A stretch of 64,000 nt of DNA. Source: Gammaproteobacteria bacterium (GTDB lineage Bacteria > Pseudomonadota > Gammaproteobacteria > Steroidobacterales > JABDKV01). Within the stretch, counting starts at the first letter, position 1. Every line of letters begins with the position of its first letter. A program made the position numbers and the translations under genes. A model generated the notes under the pieces. The model saw only the letters and a program-made list of their open reading frames with translations, was not told the DNA's origin and made no database searches. The stretch covers positions 6,635 to 70,634 of the forward strand of contig JABDJB010000094.1 of assembly GCA_013003425.1 (NCBI GenBank), given 5' to 3'. Below are positions 50,472 to 59,534 of the stretch, one piece after another.

Positions 50472-51682
50472 TTTTGTCTGGGCGGCAGGCTGAAATGCAG
50501 CACGACAAACGCAGCAAGCGCGGCAATCATTGACCCGACCAGAATGCCGAGCCGGTCGCCACTGAAGTAGTCACCACTGCCATGCTCGAATGCCAGTCCG
50601 GCGATAAACAGGCTCATCGTAAAGCCAATGCCGCAGGCAAACGAGGCGCCAAGCAGCTGCAGCCAGCTGACATTGTCAGGCAGTTTCGCCAGTCGCAGCG
50701 CGATGGCCAACCCTGCCATCAGCATGATTCCAACGGGCTTGCCGATTACCAGTCCGGTAATAACACCAAGCGTGACAGGGTGTGCCAGGTCGGCCAGCGA
50801 AAGTCCCGCCAGCGACAGGCCGGCGTTGGCGAAAGCAAAAATTGGCAGTATCGCGAAGGCAACGGTGCTGTGCAGGTCATCCTCCAGCTCACGCAACGGG
50901 GAGCGGCCCTGCGCATCGCGCATGGGAATACAAAACGCAATGAGCACACCAGCCAGCGTCGCGTGTACGCCAGACTTCAATACCGCGACCCATAGCACGA
51001 TTGCGACCAGCACATAGGCGGAAACCCGCGTCACGCCGGCCCGGTTCATGGTGATTGCCAAAATCAGCGCCACCGCGGCGGTCGCCAGTGCTGTCAGCGA
51101 TAGATCACCGGAATAAAATATAGCGATGATCACGATAGCGGCGAGGTCATCGAAAATCGCCAGCGTCAGCAGGAACACTTTGAGCGCAGTTGGAACCCGG
51201 CTGCCAAAAACCCCAAGCAAGGCCAGCGCAAAAGCGATGTCGGTTGCCACCGGTACCGCCCAGCCATCGAGAGCAACCGGGTCGCCCCAGTTGAGCCACG
51301 CGTAGATGGCGGCCGGCACGGCCATGCCCCCAAAGGCGCCCGCTGCCGGCAATACAATCTGAGATGGCGTCGACAATTCTCCTTCCATGATCTCGCGTTT
51401 GACCTCGAGTCCGATGAGAAAGAAGAAAATGGCCATCAGCCCATCGTTGATCCACAACAGCAGCGGCTTGTCGATCTCCAGAGCGCCAACCTGCACCGCG
51501 ATGGTTGTATCCAGTAAAGCGTTGTAAAGCGACGCGAATGGCGAGTTGGCGACGAGCATGGCAACGACTGCGGCCGCCAGCAGCAACAGTCCGGCGGCTG
51601 ACTCGAGCCGCAAAAATTCGAGTGCGGCGCTAACAACTTCCTGCGCCGGTTTGGTTATCTTTTCTATTGGTGTGTCAGCCAC
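50462..51682 (-). CDS. nhaA: Na+/H+ antiporter NhaA
   Basis: WINDGLMAIFFF..GLEVKRE, GWAVPVATDIAFAL, LAIFDDL, KSGVHATLAG, CGIGFTMSLFI. Confidence 0.96.
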   Translation of the reverse strand: MADTPIEKITKPAQEVVSAALEFLRLESAAGLLLLAAAVVAMLVANSPFASLYNALLDTTIAVQVGALEIDKPLLLWINDGLMAIFFFLIGLEVKREIMEGELSTPSQIVLPAAGAFGGMAVPAAIYAWLNWGDPVALDGWAVPVATDIAFALALLGVFGSRVPTALKVFLLTLAIFDDLAAIVIIAIFYSGDLSLTALATAAVALILAITMNRAGVTRVSAYVLVAIVLWVAVLKSGVHATLAGVLIAFCIPMRDAQGRSPLRELEDDLHSTVAFAILPIFAFANAGLSLAGLSLADLAHPVTLGVITGLVIGKPVGIMLMAGLAIALRLAKLPDNVSWLQLLGASFACGIGFTMSLFIAGLAFEHGSGDYFSGDRLGILVGSMIAALAAFVVLHFSLPPRQNQP

Positions 51683-52772
51683 TTAAGTAATACGCCTTTT
51701 CAGAAATATCGTGCCACGCCGAGACTTGTCGCTGAAAAGCGCGGTAGTGACGGTAGACGCGCTCGAACAGCTCATCACCGGCAGCGATTTCCCGCAGGAT
51801 TTCTTCGGACAGCTGGCGCAGCCGTGCCAGCACGTCGGGCGGAAACGGCCGTAGCTGCACGTTGTGCTCATTTTTCAGCGTCTCGAGCGCAATGTGATTG
51901 CGTGCGGTGTATTCGGCAAGCATGTTTTGTGCCGCGGCATCACACGCACGCATCACCATCGTCTGCAGTTCTGCCGGCAGTTCGTTGTAGGCATCGCGGT
52001 TGATGATGCACTCGAGCACGGTGTTTGGTTCGTGCCAGCCCGGGTAGTAATAGTATTTGCCAACCTGGTGCAGGCCGAAGGCCAGATCGTTGTACGGGCC
52101 AGTCCACTCGGTGGCGTCAATATTGCCGGTCTGCAGCGCAGTGAAAATTTCCGAGCCGGGCAGGCTCACCGGGGTGCCGCCCGCGCGTTTCAGTACCTCG
52201 CCGCCGAGACCCGGGATACGCATTTTCAGGCCGCGCAGGTCATCAACGCTGTTAATTTCCTTGTTGAACCAGCCCCCCATTTGCACGCCCGTGTGACCGG
52301 CAGGGGCCGGGATGATGTTGAATGGTTCGTAAACTTCACGCCACAGTTCAAGCGCGCCGCCGTGCAACAGCCAGGCCGTCAGCTCCTGGGCATTCATGCC
52401 GAACGGAACGGCAGAAAACAGCTGAGCGGCAGCGCTCTTGCCCTTCCAGTAATACGATGCGCTGTGACCGAGCTGTGCCGTGCCCTGGCTCACCGCATCG
52501 AAGGCCTCGAATGCCGGTACCAGCTCGCCAGCTGCGTATATTTTTACCTTGATGCGCCCGGCGCTCATTTGTTCGATTGCATTGGCGAGGTACACAGCGC
52601 CGGTACCCAGTCCGGGAAAGTTTGGCGGCCAGGTTGTGACCATCTTCCAGCTGAAGGTCTTTCCCGCAGCGCCGTCCATCGCGATGCCGGTTTCACACGG
52701 CTGCGTACACCCCGGCAACCCGGCGGCCACGGCACCTGCTCCCAGGCCAGTCAGAAAATCTCGACGTCGCAT
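51675..52772 (-). CDS. TRAP substrate-binding protein (DctP/TakP-like) with Tat signal
   Basis: MRRRDFL Tat motif, WKMVTTWP, LKMRIPGLGGEV, GNIDATEW.GPYND..FG, YYYPGWHEP; ATG 52772 with SD GAGG. Confidence 0.93.
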   Translation of the reverse strand: MRRRDFLTGLGAGAVAAGLPGCTQPCETGIAMDGAAGKTFSWKMVTTWPPNFPGLGTGAVYLANAIEQMSAGRIKVKIYAAGELVPAFEAFDAVSQGTAQLGHSASYYWKGKSAAAQLFSAVPFGMNAQELTAWLLHGGALELWREVYEPFNIIPAPAGHTGVQMGGWFNKEINSVDDLRGLKMRIPGLGGEVLKRAGGTPVSLPGSEIFTALQTGNIDATEWTGPYNDLAFGLHQVGKYYYYPGWHEPNTVLECIINRDAYNELPAELQTMVMRACDAAAQNMLAEYTARNHIALETLKNEHNVQLRPFPPDVLARLRQLSEEILREIAAGDELFERVYRHYRAFQRQVSAWHDISEKAYYLSG

Positions 52773-52829
52773 GTAGTCCTCACAGCCACCAGGGTGAGCA
52801 GCTATTCTGGCACGCGGCCTGCACGCAAT

Positions 52830-52859
52830 AAAAAACCCCGGCCCAATCGGGCCGGGGTT
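52830..52859 (-). terminator. Intrinsic terminator
   Basis: AACCCCGGCCC/GGGCCGGGGTT 11-bp stem, T6 on the minus strand. Confidence 0.8.
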
Positions 52860-52945
52860 GAAGTACGTCCTTGCAGGTGTGATCGAGTGTCCTGATGGGA
52901 TGGCTGGTGTGGCCATCCCATGTGCTCCCGTCCTTTTGGAGCACC
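52830..52945 (-). ncRNA. Candidate Csr/Rsm-type small RNA (~116 nt)
   Basis: Five GGA (three AGGAC-type, one in a hairpin loop), 3' terminator, -10-like TATCCT, upstream TGTAGG-N6-CCTACA palindrome. Confidence 0.55.
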
Positions 52946-53022
52946 ATTTAAGGATACACAGGCTGATGACCGCAGGATGTCGGCAGCCCGGCCCGTGGCC
53001 GTCAGCGAATTTCCGCCAGCAA

Positions 53023-53040
53023 TGTAGGCAAAATCCTACA
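53023..53040. promoter_or_regulatory. GacA/UvrY-box-like palindrome
   Basis: TGTAGG-CAAAAT-CCTACA, versus the Pseudomonas rsmXYZ UAS TGTAAG-N6-CTTACA. Confidence 0.55.
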
Positions 53041-53066
53041 GGGTCGGGTCGGGTTATGCTTCTGAG

Positions 53067-53513
53067 ATGATCGCGTTGCTACAGCGGGTGGGGCAGGCAG
53101 AGGTCCGGGTCGGTGATCGGACGGTTGCAGCCATCGGCACCGGGCTGCTCGTGCTGGCCGCAGTCGAGCGCGGTGACACGTCGCAGCAGGCCCGGCGCCT
53201 GGCCGAGCGGATCTGCGGGTACCGTGTTTTTCCCGACGGTACCGGCCGCATGAATCTCAGTGTGATCGAGCACGGTGGTGAGGTCCTGCTGGTGCCCCAG
53301 TTCACCCTGGCCGCCGATACCCGCAAGGGGATGCGCGCTTCCTTTGCCACTGCCGCAGAACCTGAAGTGGGCCAGGCCCTGTTTGCAGAACTCGCTGCGG
53401 CAGTTAACAGCCGTGCCGGCAAGGTCGCTCTGGGTGAATTCGGTGCCGATATGGCCGTTTCACTGGTAAATGAGGGACCGGTGACCTTCTGGTTGCACGC
53501 CCCGCCACCTTGA
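53067..53513 (+). CDS. dtd: D-aminoacyl-tRNA deacylase
   Basis: MIALLQRV..AEV, VPQFTL.ADT.KG.R.SF, SLVNEGPVT. Confidence 0.95.
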   Translation: MIALLQRVGQAEVRVGDRTVAAIGTGLLVLAAVERGDTSQQARRLAERICGYRVFPDGTGRMNLSVIEHGGEVLLVPQFTLAADTRKGMRASFATAAEPEVGQALFAELAAAVNSRAGKVALGEFGADMAVSLVNEGPVTFWLHAPPP

Positions 53514-53582
53514 TGCGCTTCACACAAGCGTCCCGGGGCCACTGGTATACTCGGTTTATCGAGGCATACGGCGAGGCTCGAA

Positions 53583-53804
53583 ATGGGTCTGGGTAACATA
53601 AGCATCTGGCAGCTGGCAATCGTGCTGCTGATCGTTGTGCTGATTTTTGGCACCAAGAAGCTGCGCGTGATGGGATCCGATCTTGGCGGCGCCCTGCGGG
53701 GCTTTCGCAAGGCGATGAATGAGGGCGAGTCCGAACAGCTCACCGACGATTCCGGGGCGTCCGATTCGGTACAGCAGTCGCGCGACCAGGTCGACTCTCG
53801 CTAG
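53583..53804 (+). CDS. tatA: Twin-arginine translocase subunit TatA
   Basis: [35 protein letters not shown]. Confidence 0.96.
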   Translation: MGLGNISIWQLAIVLLIVVLIFGTKKLRVMGSDLGGALRGFRKAMNEGESEQLTDDSGASDSVQQSRDQVDSR

Positions 53805-53815
53805 TAATCTGATCC

Positions 53816-54064
53816 ATGTTCGACGCGGGCTTCCAGGAGTTCTTTCTGATTTTCGTGATCGGGCTGGTCGTGCTCGGCCCGAAACGCCTGCCGCGGGTGG
53901 TACACGCCGCCGGCATCTGGCTGGGACGTGCCAGAGGGGCGATGACGAAGCTGCAGCGTGAAATCAACCGTGAAATGATGATCGAGGACAGAGCGGAAGC
54001 CGTGGCACAACGACGTGCCGCTGCCGAGAAAGAATCCGCCGCAGCATCACCCGGAGAGGAGTGA
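53816..54064 (+). CDS. tatB: Twin-arginine translocase subunit TatB
   Basis: MFDAGFQEFFLI.VIGLVVLGPKRLP. Confidence 0.94.
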   Translation: MFDAGFQEFFLIFVIGLVVLGPKRLPRVVHAAGIWLGRARGAMTKLQREINREMMIEDRAEAVAQRRAAAEKESAAASPGEE

Positions 54065-54846
54065 TGCCCGAGCCGGAAGATCAGCACGGCGTCGATAACG
54101 GATCGACCCTGATTTCGCACCTGGTCGAATTGCGCGGCCGCCTGTTGCGCATGATTGTAGTTGTGCTTGTCATATTTTTTGCTCTCAGCCCGTTTGCCAA
54201 CAAGATTTTTACGCTGATAGCCGGTCCGCTGCTGGCACAAATGCCGGATGGCGGCACCATGATTGCGACGCGGGTGATCTCGCCTTTTCTGACACCATTT
54301 AAATTAACCCTGATGGTCGCGGTGTTCGTCGCAATGCCGTATATCCTGCACCAGGCATGGGCCTTTGTGGCCCCGGGTCTGTATGCCCGCGAAAAACGCC
54401 TGGTTATGCCATTGCTGGTAACCAGCGTAGGCCTGTTCTATGCCGGTGCGGCATTTGCCTACTATGTTGTGTTTCCGATCGTGTTCGGGTTCATGCAGGC
54501 GGTGGCGCCGGCCGGTGTTGCTGTGATGCCGGACATTACCGAATACCTCGATTTCGTGATGGTGATGTTCTTTGCTTTCGGTATGGCCTTCGAAGTACCG
54601 GTCGCCACGGTACTGCTGGTCTGGTCCGGCTTTACCACGCCGGCGCAGCTTGGCAGCAAGCGGGCCTACGTACTGCTTGGCGCGTTTATCATCGGTATGT
54701 TTCTGACGCCACCAGACGTGATTTCGCAGACCCTGCTGGCGGTGCCTGTCTACGCGTTATACGAAATAGGCATCGTGATGGCGCGGATCATGGTGCCGGG
54801 GCATCGTGAGGTTGAGGCGCAGCGTAATGGGGCGACCGGGCAATGA
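54061..54846 (+). CDS. tatC: Twin-arginine translocase subunit TatC
   Basis: LISHLVELRGRL, WAFVAPGLY..EK, FEVPV, TPPDVISQ.LLA.P. Confidence 0.97.
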   Translation: MMPEPEDQHGVDNGSTLISHLVELRGRLLRMIVVVLVIFFALSPFANKIFTLIAGPLLAQMPDGGTMIATRVISPFLTPFKLTLMVAVFVAMPYILHQAWAFVAPGLYAREKRLVMPLLVTSVGLFYAGAAFAYYVVFPIVFGFMQAVAPAGVAVMPDITEYLDFVMVMFFAFGMAFEVPVATVLLVWSGFTTPAQLGSKRAYVLLGAFIIGMFLTPPDVISQTLLAVPVYALYEIGIVMARIMVPGHREVEAQRNGATGQ

Positions 54847-55961
54847 AGCGATCGCTGGCAGTTTTGCTGTTGTTTATCGCCGTTTCTGCGCCGGCGCAGC
54901 AGGTCGCGTCCACCGGGCTGGTACGGATGGCGCCGGATGGCGAATACATTGCGGCAACAGTTGAGCTGGAGCAGTTTCCCGGTGTGCGCAACCTCGTAAC
55001 CATGCAGCTGGCGGATGGTTCGGCGCAGGCAGTAACCGGATTTGCCGATTCGCATGTCAGTTCATTCTTCTGGGCCAACGACGACCGGCTTGTTTTCAGC
55101 GTTGAGAAATCAGATGACAATGGCAACGGCATCTACCTCGGCAGCTACACAATATTGCGTGATGGCAGTGGGGGACTGAAGCTGCAGGAGCGATTACGCC
55201 GGCGCGCTGCCGGAAAGCTCAGCACAGGCTCGCCGCCGTCGCTGCTACACCGGCTGCCAACCAACTGGAACAGCGTGCTCATCTCCCGCACTGAGCCAAC
55301 GGCCGTATTGCCGGAGGTATTTCAGCTGGATGCGGCAACCGGGCGCATGCGCCGCGTTGTAGGCAGTCAATACAGCATCACGGAGTGGATTGCTGACAAC
55401 CAGGGGGCCGTACGTGCTGCAGTCGACCGCGGCGCAGATGTGCTCGATGGCAGCAACCGGCTGCTTTATCGGGACTCGGCTGACGATGAGTGGCGCAAGC
55501 TGCTCGACTTCAGCGACGAGCGGATGGAAGTACTGGGCTTTCATGCCGACAATCGTCGCCTGATCGTGCTGGCGCGCGGTGAGCTTGGTGGCAAGGCCCT
55601 GCACTATCTCAATCCGACCGGCGAGCTGGGTGAGCGCCTGCTGTCTGATTCAGACTTCGACCTCGCCAACCGGGATGGTGCCGCAGGCCTGGTGCAGACT
55701 GCGCGTGGCGACATCATGTATTACCAGTATTTTGCTGACACGGTGCGCACGATCTATTTTGACAGTCGCTGGGAGTCACGCCAGCAGGTCATCGACGAAG
55801 CGTTGAGCGGCAGTGTCAATACGATAATCGACTGGAGTGACGACGAGCGTCAGGCGCTGGTCACCGCTGTTGCGCCGGACGGCAGCGTCGACTATTACCT
55901 GTTCGATACCACCTTCCGCGAGCTGAAATTCCTTCAGCCGCCCGGCGCCTGGATTCGCTGA
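54843..55961 (+). CDS. Secreted beta-propeller resembling the N-terminal domain of S9 peptidases; no catalytic domain
   Basis: Signal peptide, PDGEYIA, FFWANDDRL, WIADNQGAVR, DYYLFD; ends at ...GAWIR with no GxSxG domain. Confidence 0.6.
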   Translation: MKRSLAVLLLFIAVSAPAQQVASTGLVRMAPDGEYIAATVELEQFPGVRNLVTMQLADGSAQAVTGFADSHVSSFFWANDDRLVFSVEKSDDNGNGIYLGSYTILRDGSGGLKLQERLRRRAAGKLSTGSPPSLLHRLPTNWNSVLISRTEPTAVLPEVFQLDAATGRMRRVVGSQYSITEWIADNQGAVRAAVDRGADVLDGSNRLLYRDSADDEWRKLLDFSDERMEVLGFHADNRRLIVLARGELGGKALHYLNPTGELGERLLSDSDFDLANRDGAAGLVQTARGDIMYYQYFADTVRTIYFDSRWESRQQVIDEALSGSVNTIIDWSDDERQALVTAVAPDGSVDYYLFDTTFRELKFLQPPGAWIR

Positions 55962-55975
55962 CTTCCTCCTGCCTG

Positions 55976-56238
55976 CACGAGCGGCTTTAGCCGCGAAGCC
56001 GGGACAGGCTCATGCGGCAATTAACCGGGTTGCGGGATTATCCTCAGCATGGTTAACACGCGGGATTATGCGGGGCGCGCGTTATCCGGTCAGTAGCGGT
56101 TGAGCTACATCGGCCATGGCGAGGTGAGCTCCAACCGCAGTTGTAGTACCAGCCAGTTCGCGCCTGGGCGCTCCTACACGCGGTGTTGCACCCGACGCGG
56201 GATTTCCTCGTGCCTGTAGGAGCGGCTTCAGTCGCGAA
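55976..56238. repeat. GTAG-type REP cluster
   Basis: CACGAGCGGCTTTAGCCGCGAAG (55976-55998), reverse TGTAGGAGCGCCCAGGCGCGAA (56157-56178), TGTAGGAGCGGCTTCAGTCGCGAA (56215-56238). Confidence 0.75.
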
Positions 56239-56351
56239 CATCAAACTCTCGTCAGGCGTTTGGTCTGCCTGCAGGGGCGGAGGTCTTTGAGTCGCCGGGC
56301 ACCTGAGCGACCAGTCGCGAATCACCGCACCGTTTAATCACAGGGCCGAGC

Positions 56352-59258
56352 CTATTTCTTGGCGAGCAGGCGGTCAGCTTCGCCATCGAATATCTCCTCG
56401 GCCGCCATGGTCTGTACCGCATCGGCGCTGAAATTGAGCGGCAGTGCAGCGATCATTGCGTCTTCTTCGGCCAGGTCAGGTTTTGGCGAGTTGTACTCGA
56501 TCGGCGACGGCTGGTTGCTGGCCAGCCGATTGCGCAGATCATCGGCGTCACCCGTAACGAAGACAAAATGCATGTCGTCGGTCTGCAGGTATTCGCGTAT
56601 TACACGATTCACGTCGTTCAGCGTCAGCTGTGCCAGGCCGTCACGTACGTAGTCGGTAAAGGCCGCCGTGCCGTAGTAATCGCTGTCCAGCGCGTAGCCG
56701 AGCTGGCGTGACTGGCTGGCCACCAGCAGGCTGACATATTTATCGAGGTAGTTCCGCGTTGCTTCGAATGCATCGGCGCTCATGCCATCTCCTGTCAGCT
56801 TGTCGATCTCGTGAATCGCGACCCTGGTGGCAAAGTGGGCATCGTTGTTGTTGCGCAGCGGGCGTATCCAAACCTGGAAAATCTGCTGACGGCGTCCGAG
56901 ATTGGCCTCGGGCTGTGTCAGGAACATGCCGCGCGGGAAATACTCGATGTACGCGTAATCGCCGTAGTTCATACCACGCGTCGCACGGATACGCTGGTAC
57001 AGGTGGCTATTGGAGCTGCGGTGCTCACCCAGGTAGGAACGGACGAGCCACAGCGCCACCCAGTCGGGATCGCCCCGGACTATGTTGATGGGGTAACCAA
57101 ACGAAACGGCAACGCCAGGGGTCTCTTTCTGCAGCACCAGGGCTGTATGTCCCTGCGGGATCACCGGCTGCGGCAGCTCCACAGCGGCAGCAGCAGCCGC
57201 CTGCGGCAGGTTGCCAAGGTCGGCGCGCAGCGTCTGCACAAATTTGTCGGAGTAACCACCCGCAAGCCCAACGGTCAGGTTGGCCGGCACGTAGTATTGA
57301 TTGTAAAAAGACTTTACATCGTCGAGCGTGATCGACTCGAGGTCTTCAACAGCGCCAAGATTGAGCGCGCCGTAGGGATGATCCGGGCCATAAATAACGT
57401 TGTACAGCGCTTCCTTGCCAAGTTCTTCATCGTTGTTGGCAACGAGGTCTGACTTGATGGCGCTGATGACGCGGTTTTTGATGCGCTCGAAATCCGCGTC
57501 GCGCCAGCCGGGTGTCAGCAGCTGTTCGCTGGCGAGCGAATACCAGTCCGCCAGCTTGTCCTTGTGCACGGTGCCGCCAAGGCGCGACATTTCCTTATCG
57601 ACGTGCACGCCGAAACCGGAGGCCATCGGGTACATGGCTTCATTGAGTTCGTCGATCGTGCGCTTTTTCGAACCGCCATCGCCAATCATCTGCGCGGTCA
57701 ACACTGACAGACCCTTTTTGCCAGGTGGATCGTAGGCTGCGCCGACATTGAACAGGAAAGCGACGTCGACCAGTGGTGATGACTGCGACTGCAGTTCCAC
57801 CAGTTCAAACTCAGCGGCAGGTTGATCGGCCAGTGCGGCAACTCGCTGTTCGAGCGTCGGTCCGTCCTGAATGCCAGCAATCCGGGGTGCGTTGGCCAGG
57901 GTCACCGTCACCATGCCGGCGTCTGTGAAATATTTGTTGGCATAGGTCGCCAGGTCAGCCGGTGTCAGTTCAGCGTAGCGTTCAAAAACCTGGTTGAGGG
58001 TTTCCGGCGTGCGCTCGAAATGTACGTAGGAGGCCAGCATCGAAGCGATCGAGGCCGAGTTGTCCATGCGGTTGGTAAGGCTGTATCGCTGGTTTGCCTT
58101 GATTGCCTCAAGCTTGGCAGCATCAACCAGCTCGGTACGGGCAACCGCCAGCGTGTCGAGGATCTCGTCGCGTACCGTTGCGACGTTTGCTTCGTCGAGC
58201 AACCGGGCGGCAACGATCAGCAGGCCGGGGTCCTTCCGGTCGGGGAAGTATGCCCACAGCTGGTCGGCCAGCTGGTCACGGGTTACCAGCTTCTGGTAGA
58301 TCGCGGAGGTCTCGGAGAAATATACATTCGAGATCAGGTCCATCGCCGGCATGTCTTTGCTGCGCGGGTCGAAACGTGGCCCGCGAAAGCCAATCATGAT
58401 CCACGGCTGGGCCGGCTGCTCCCACTCTATGTGGTCGTAGTACGGGCCCTGTGGCGCCGGCTCCTGCGGTATTTCCACCTGGTAGTTGCTGCCTTTCCAG
58501 CCGCCCCAGTATTTTTTCACCAGACGGAAGGTTTCTTCCGGCTCGACATCGCCGACTACGATAACGGCAGCTTTTTCCGGGCTGTACCAGCGTTCGAAGA
58601 ACAGCTTTGAGTATTCCATCTGGTCAGGCATCGCCTCGATGTCGCGCAGGAAACCCATCGTCGTGTGCTTGTAGGTGTGGGTTGTATAGGCGTTGTCCTG
58701 TATGCGTTCGAGCATCTGGCGTATCGGGCTGGAAAAGTTCTTCAGGTACTCGCCCTTCACCGCCAGCGCTTCAGTTCGAAACTGTTCTTCGGTGTAACTG
58801 AGGTTCTGGAAGCGGTCAGCCTCCAGTTCCAGTACTTTCTCCAGGTCTGGCCTGGTAAATGTGATGTGGTAATTGGTGAGGTCCGCCGAAGTGTAGGCAT
58901 TCTGGTCTGCGCCGGCGTTTTTCAGGATCCGGCCGTACTCTTCCTGCGAGTAATTTGGCGTGCCACGAAACATCATGTGTTCGAAAAAATGTGCGAAGCC
59001 GGACTTGCCTTCTTCGACCTCGTTGCGCGAGCCGGTTTGTACCGGTATCTGCAGTGACACGATGTCGGGGTAATCAGTTTTTACCACGATGACGCGAAGG
59101 CCATTGTCCAGGTCGCGCATCAGGTAGGGCAGGTCGAATATGTCGTTCACCGCGGCCTGCGGCCCCGCGGCGGCATTCTTTTGCCGCTTCGCGCCAGCGT
59201 GGACAGAGGTGGAGGCTATGACCGCAACCAGAGCGGCCAGCAGGACTGACTTGTACAT
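56352..59258 (-). CDS. M16 family zinc protease (two-lobed, secreted)
   Basis: Signal peptide from ATG 59258, LDNGLRV, GSRNE..GKSGFAHFFEHMMFRGT (HxxEH), NAYTS.D.TNY, KGEY. Confidence 0.92.
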   Translation of the reverse strand: MYKSVLLAALVAVIASTSVHAGAKRQKNAAAGPQAAVNDIFDLPYLMRDLDNGLRVIVVKTDYPDIVSLQIPVQTGSRNEVEEGKSGFAHFFEHMMFRGTPNYSQEEYGRILKNAGADQNAYTSADLTNYHITFTRPDLEKVLELEADRFQNLSYTEEQFRTEALAVKGEYLKNFSSPIRQMLERIQDNAYTTHTYKHTTMGFLRDIEAMPDQMEYSKLFFERWYSPEKAAVIVVGDVEPEETFRLVKKYWGGWKGSNYQVEIPQEPAPQGPYYDHIEWEQPAQPWIMIGFRGPRFDPRSKDMPAMDLISNVYFSETSAIYQKLVTRDQLADQLWAYFPDRKDPGLLIVAARLLDEANVATVRDEILDTLAVARTELVDAAKLEAIKANQRYSLTNRMDNSASIASMLASYVHFERTPETLNQVFERYAELTPADLATYANKYFTDAGMVTVTLANAPRIAGIQDGPTLEQRVAALADQPAAEFELVELQSQSSPLVDVAFLFNVGAAYDPPGKKGLSVLTAQMIGDGGSKKRTIDELNEAMYPMASGFGVHVDKEMSRLGGTVHKDKLADWYSLASEQLLTPGWRDADFERIKNRVISAIKSDLVANNDEELGKEALYNVIYGPDHPYGALNLGAVEDLESITLDDVKSFYNQYYVPANLTVGLAGGYSDKFVQTLRADLGNLPQAAAAAAVELPQPVIPQGHTALVLQKETPGVAVSFGYPINIVRGDPDWVALWLVRSYLGEHRSSNSHLYQRIRATRGMNYGDYAYIEYFPRGMFLTQPEANLGRRQQIFQVWIRPLRNNNDAHFATRVAIHEIDKLTGDGMSADAFEATRNYLDKYVSLLVASQSRQLGYALDSDYYGTAAFTDYVRDGLAQLTLNDVNRVIREYLQTDDMHFVFVTGDADDLRNRLASNQPSPIEYNSPKPDLAEEDAMIAALPLNFSADAVQTMAAEEIFDGEADRLLAKK

Positions 59259-59534
59259 TGGTTTCCCTCGATTGAATGCGCCGGGCCACAGCCGGGCGGC
59301 TTGAGGCCGCGCATGATACCGGACTGGCGGCCAGCGTTCCCGTGTTGGATACCCGGCAGACGCCAAAGGTTCAATGCTGCAACGCAAAAAACGCAGATGG
59401 TGCAAACCCTGTAAACTTTGCGCCGTCAAAATCCCTGTGCTGCAGGGCTAAAACGAATACCCCGGCCCACAGGCCGCACTACGGTCTTCCCCGGCAACGA
59501 CGGGCGGGACCCTCCCAGACGGAGTTAAAGAGTA

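Noticed and set aside
52858-53070. 70-aa ORF MKYVLAGVIE...
   Set aside because: No SD or motif, TTG start inside a terminator stem; the region is better explained as sRNA plus promoter.
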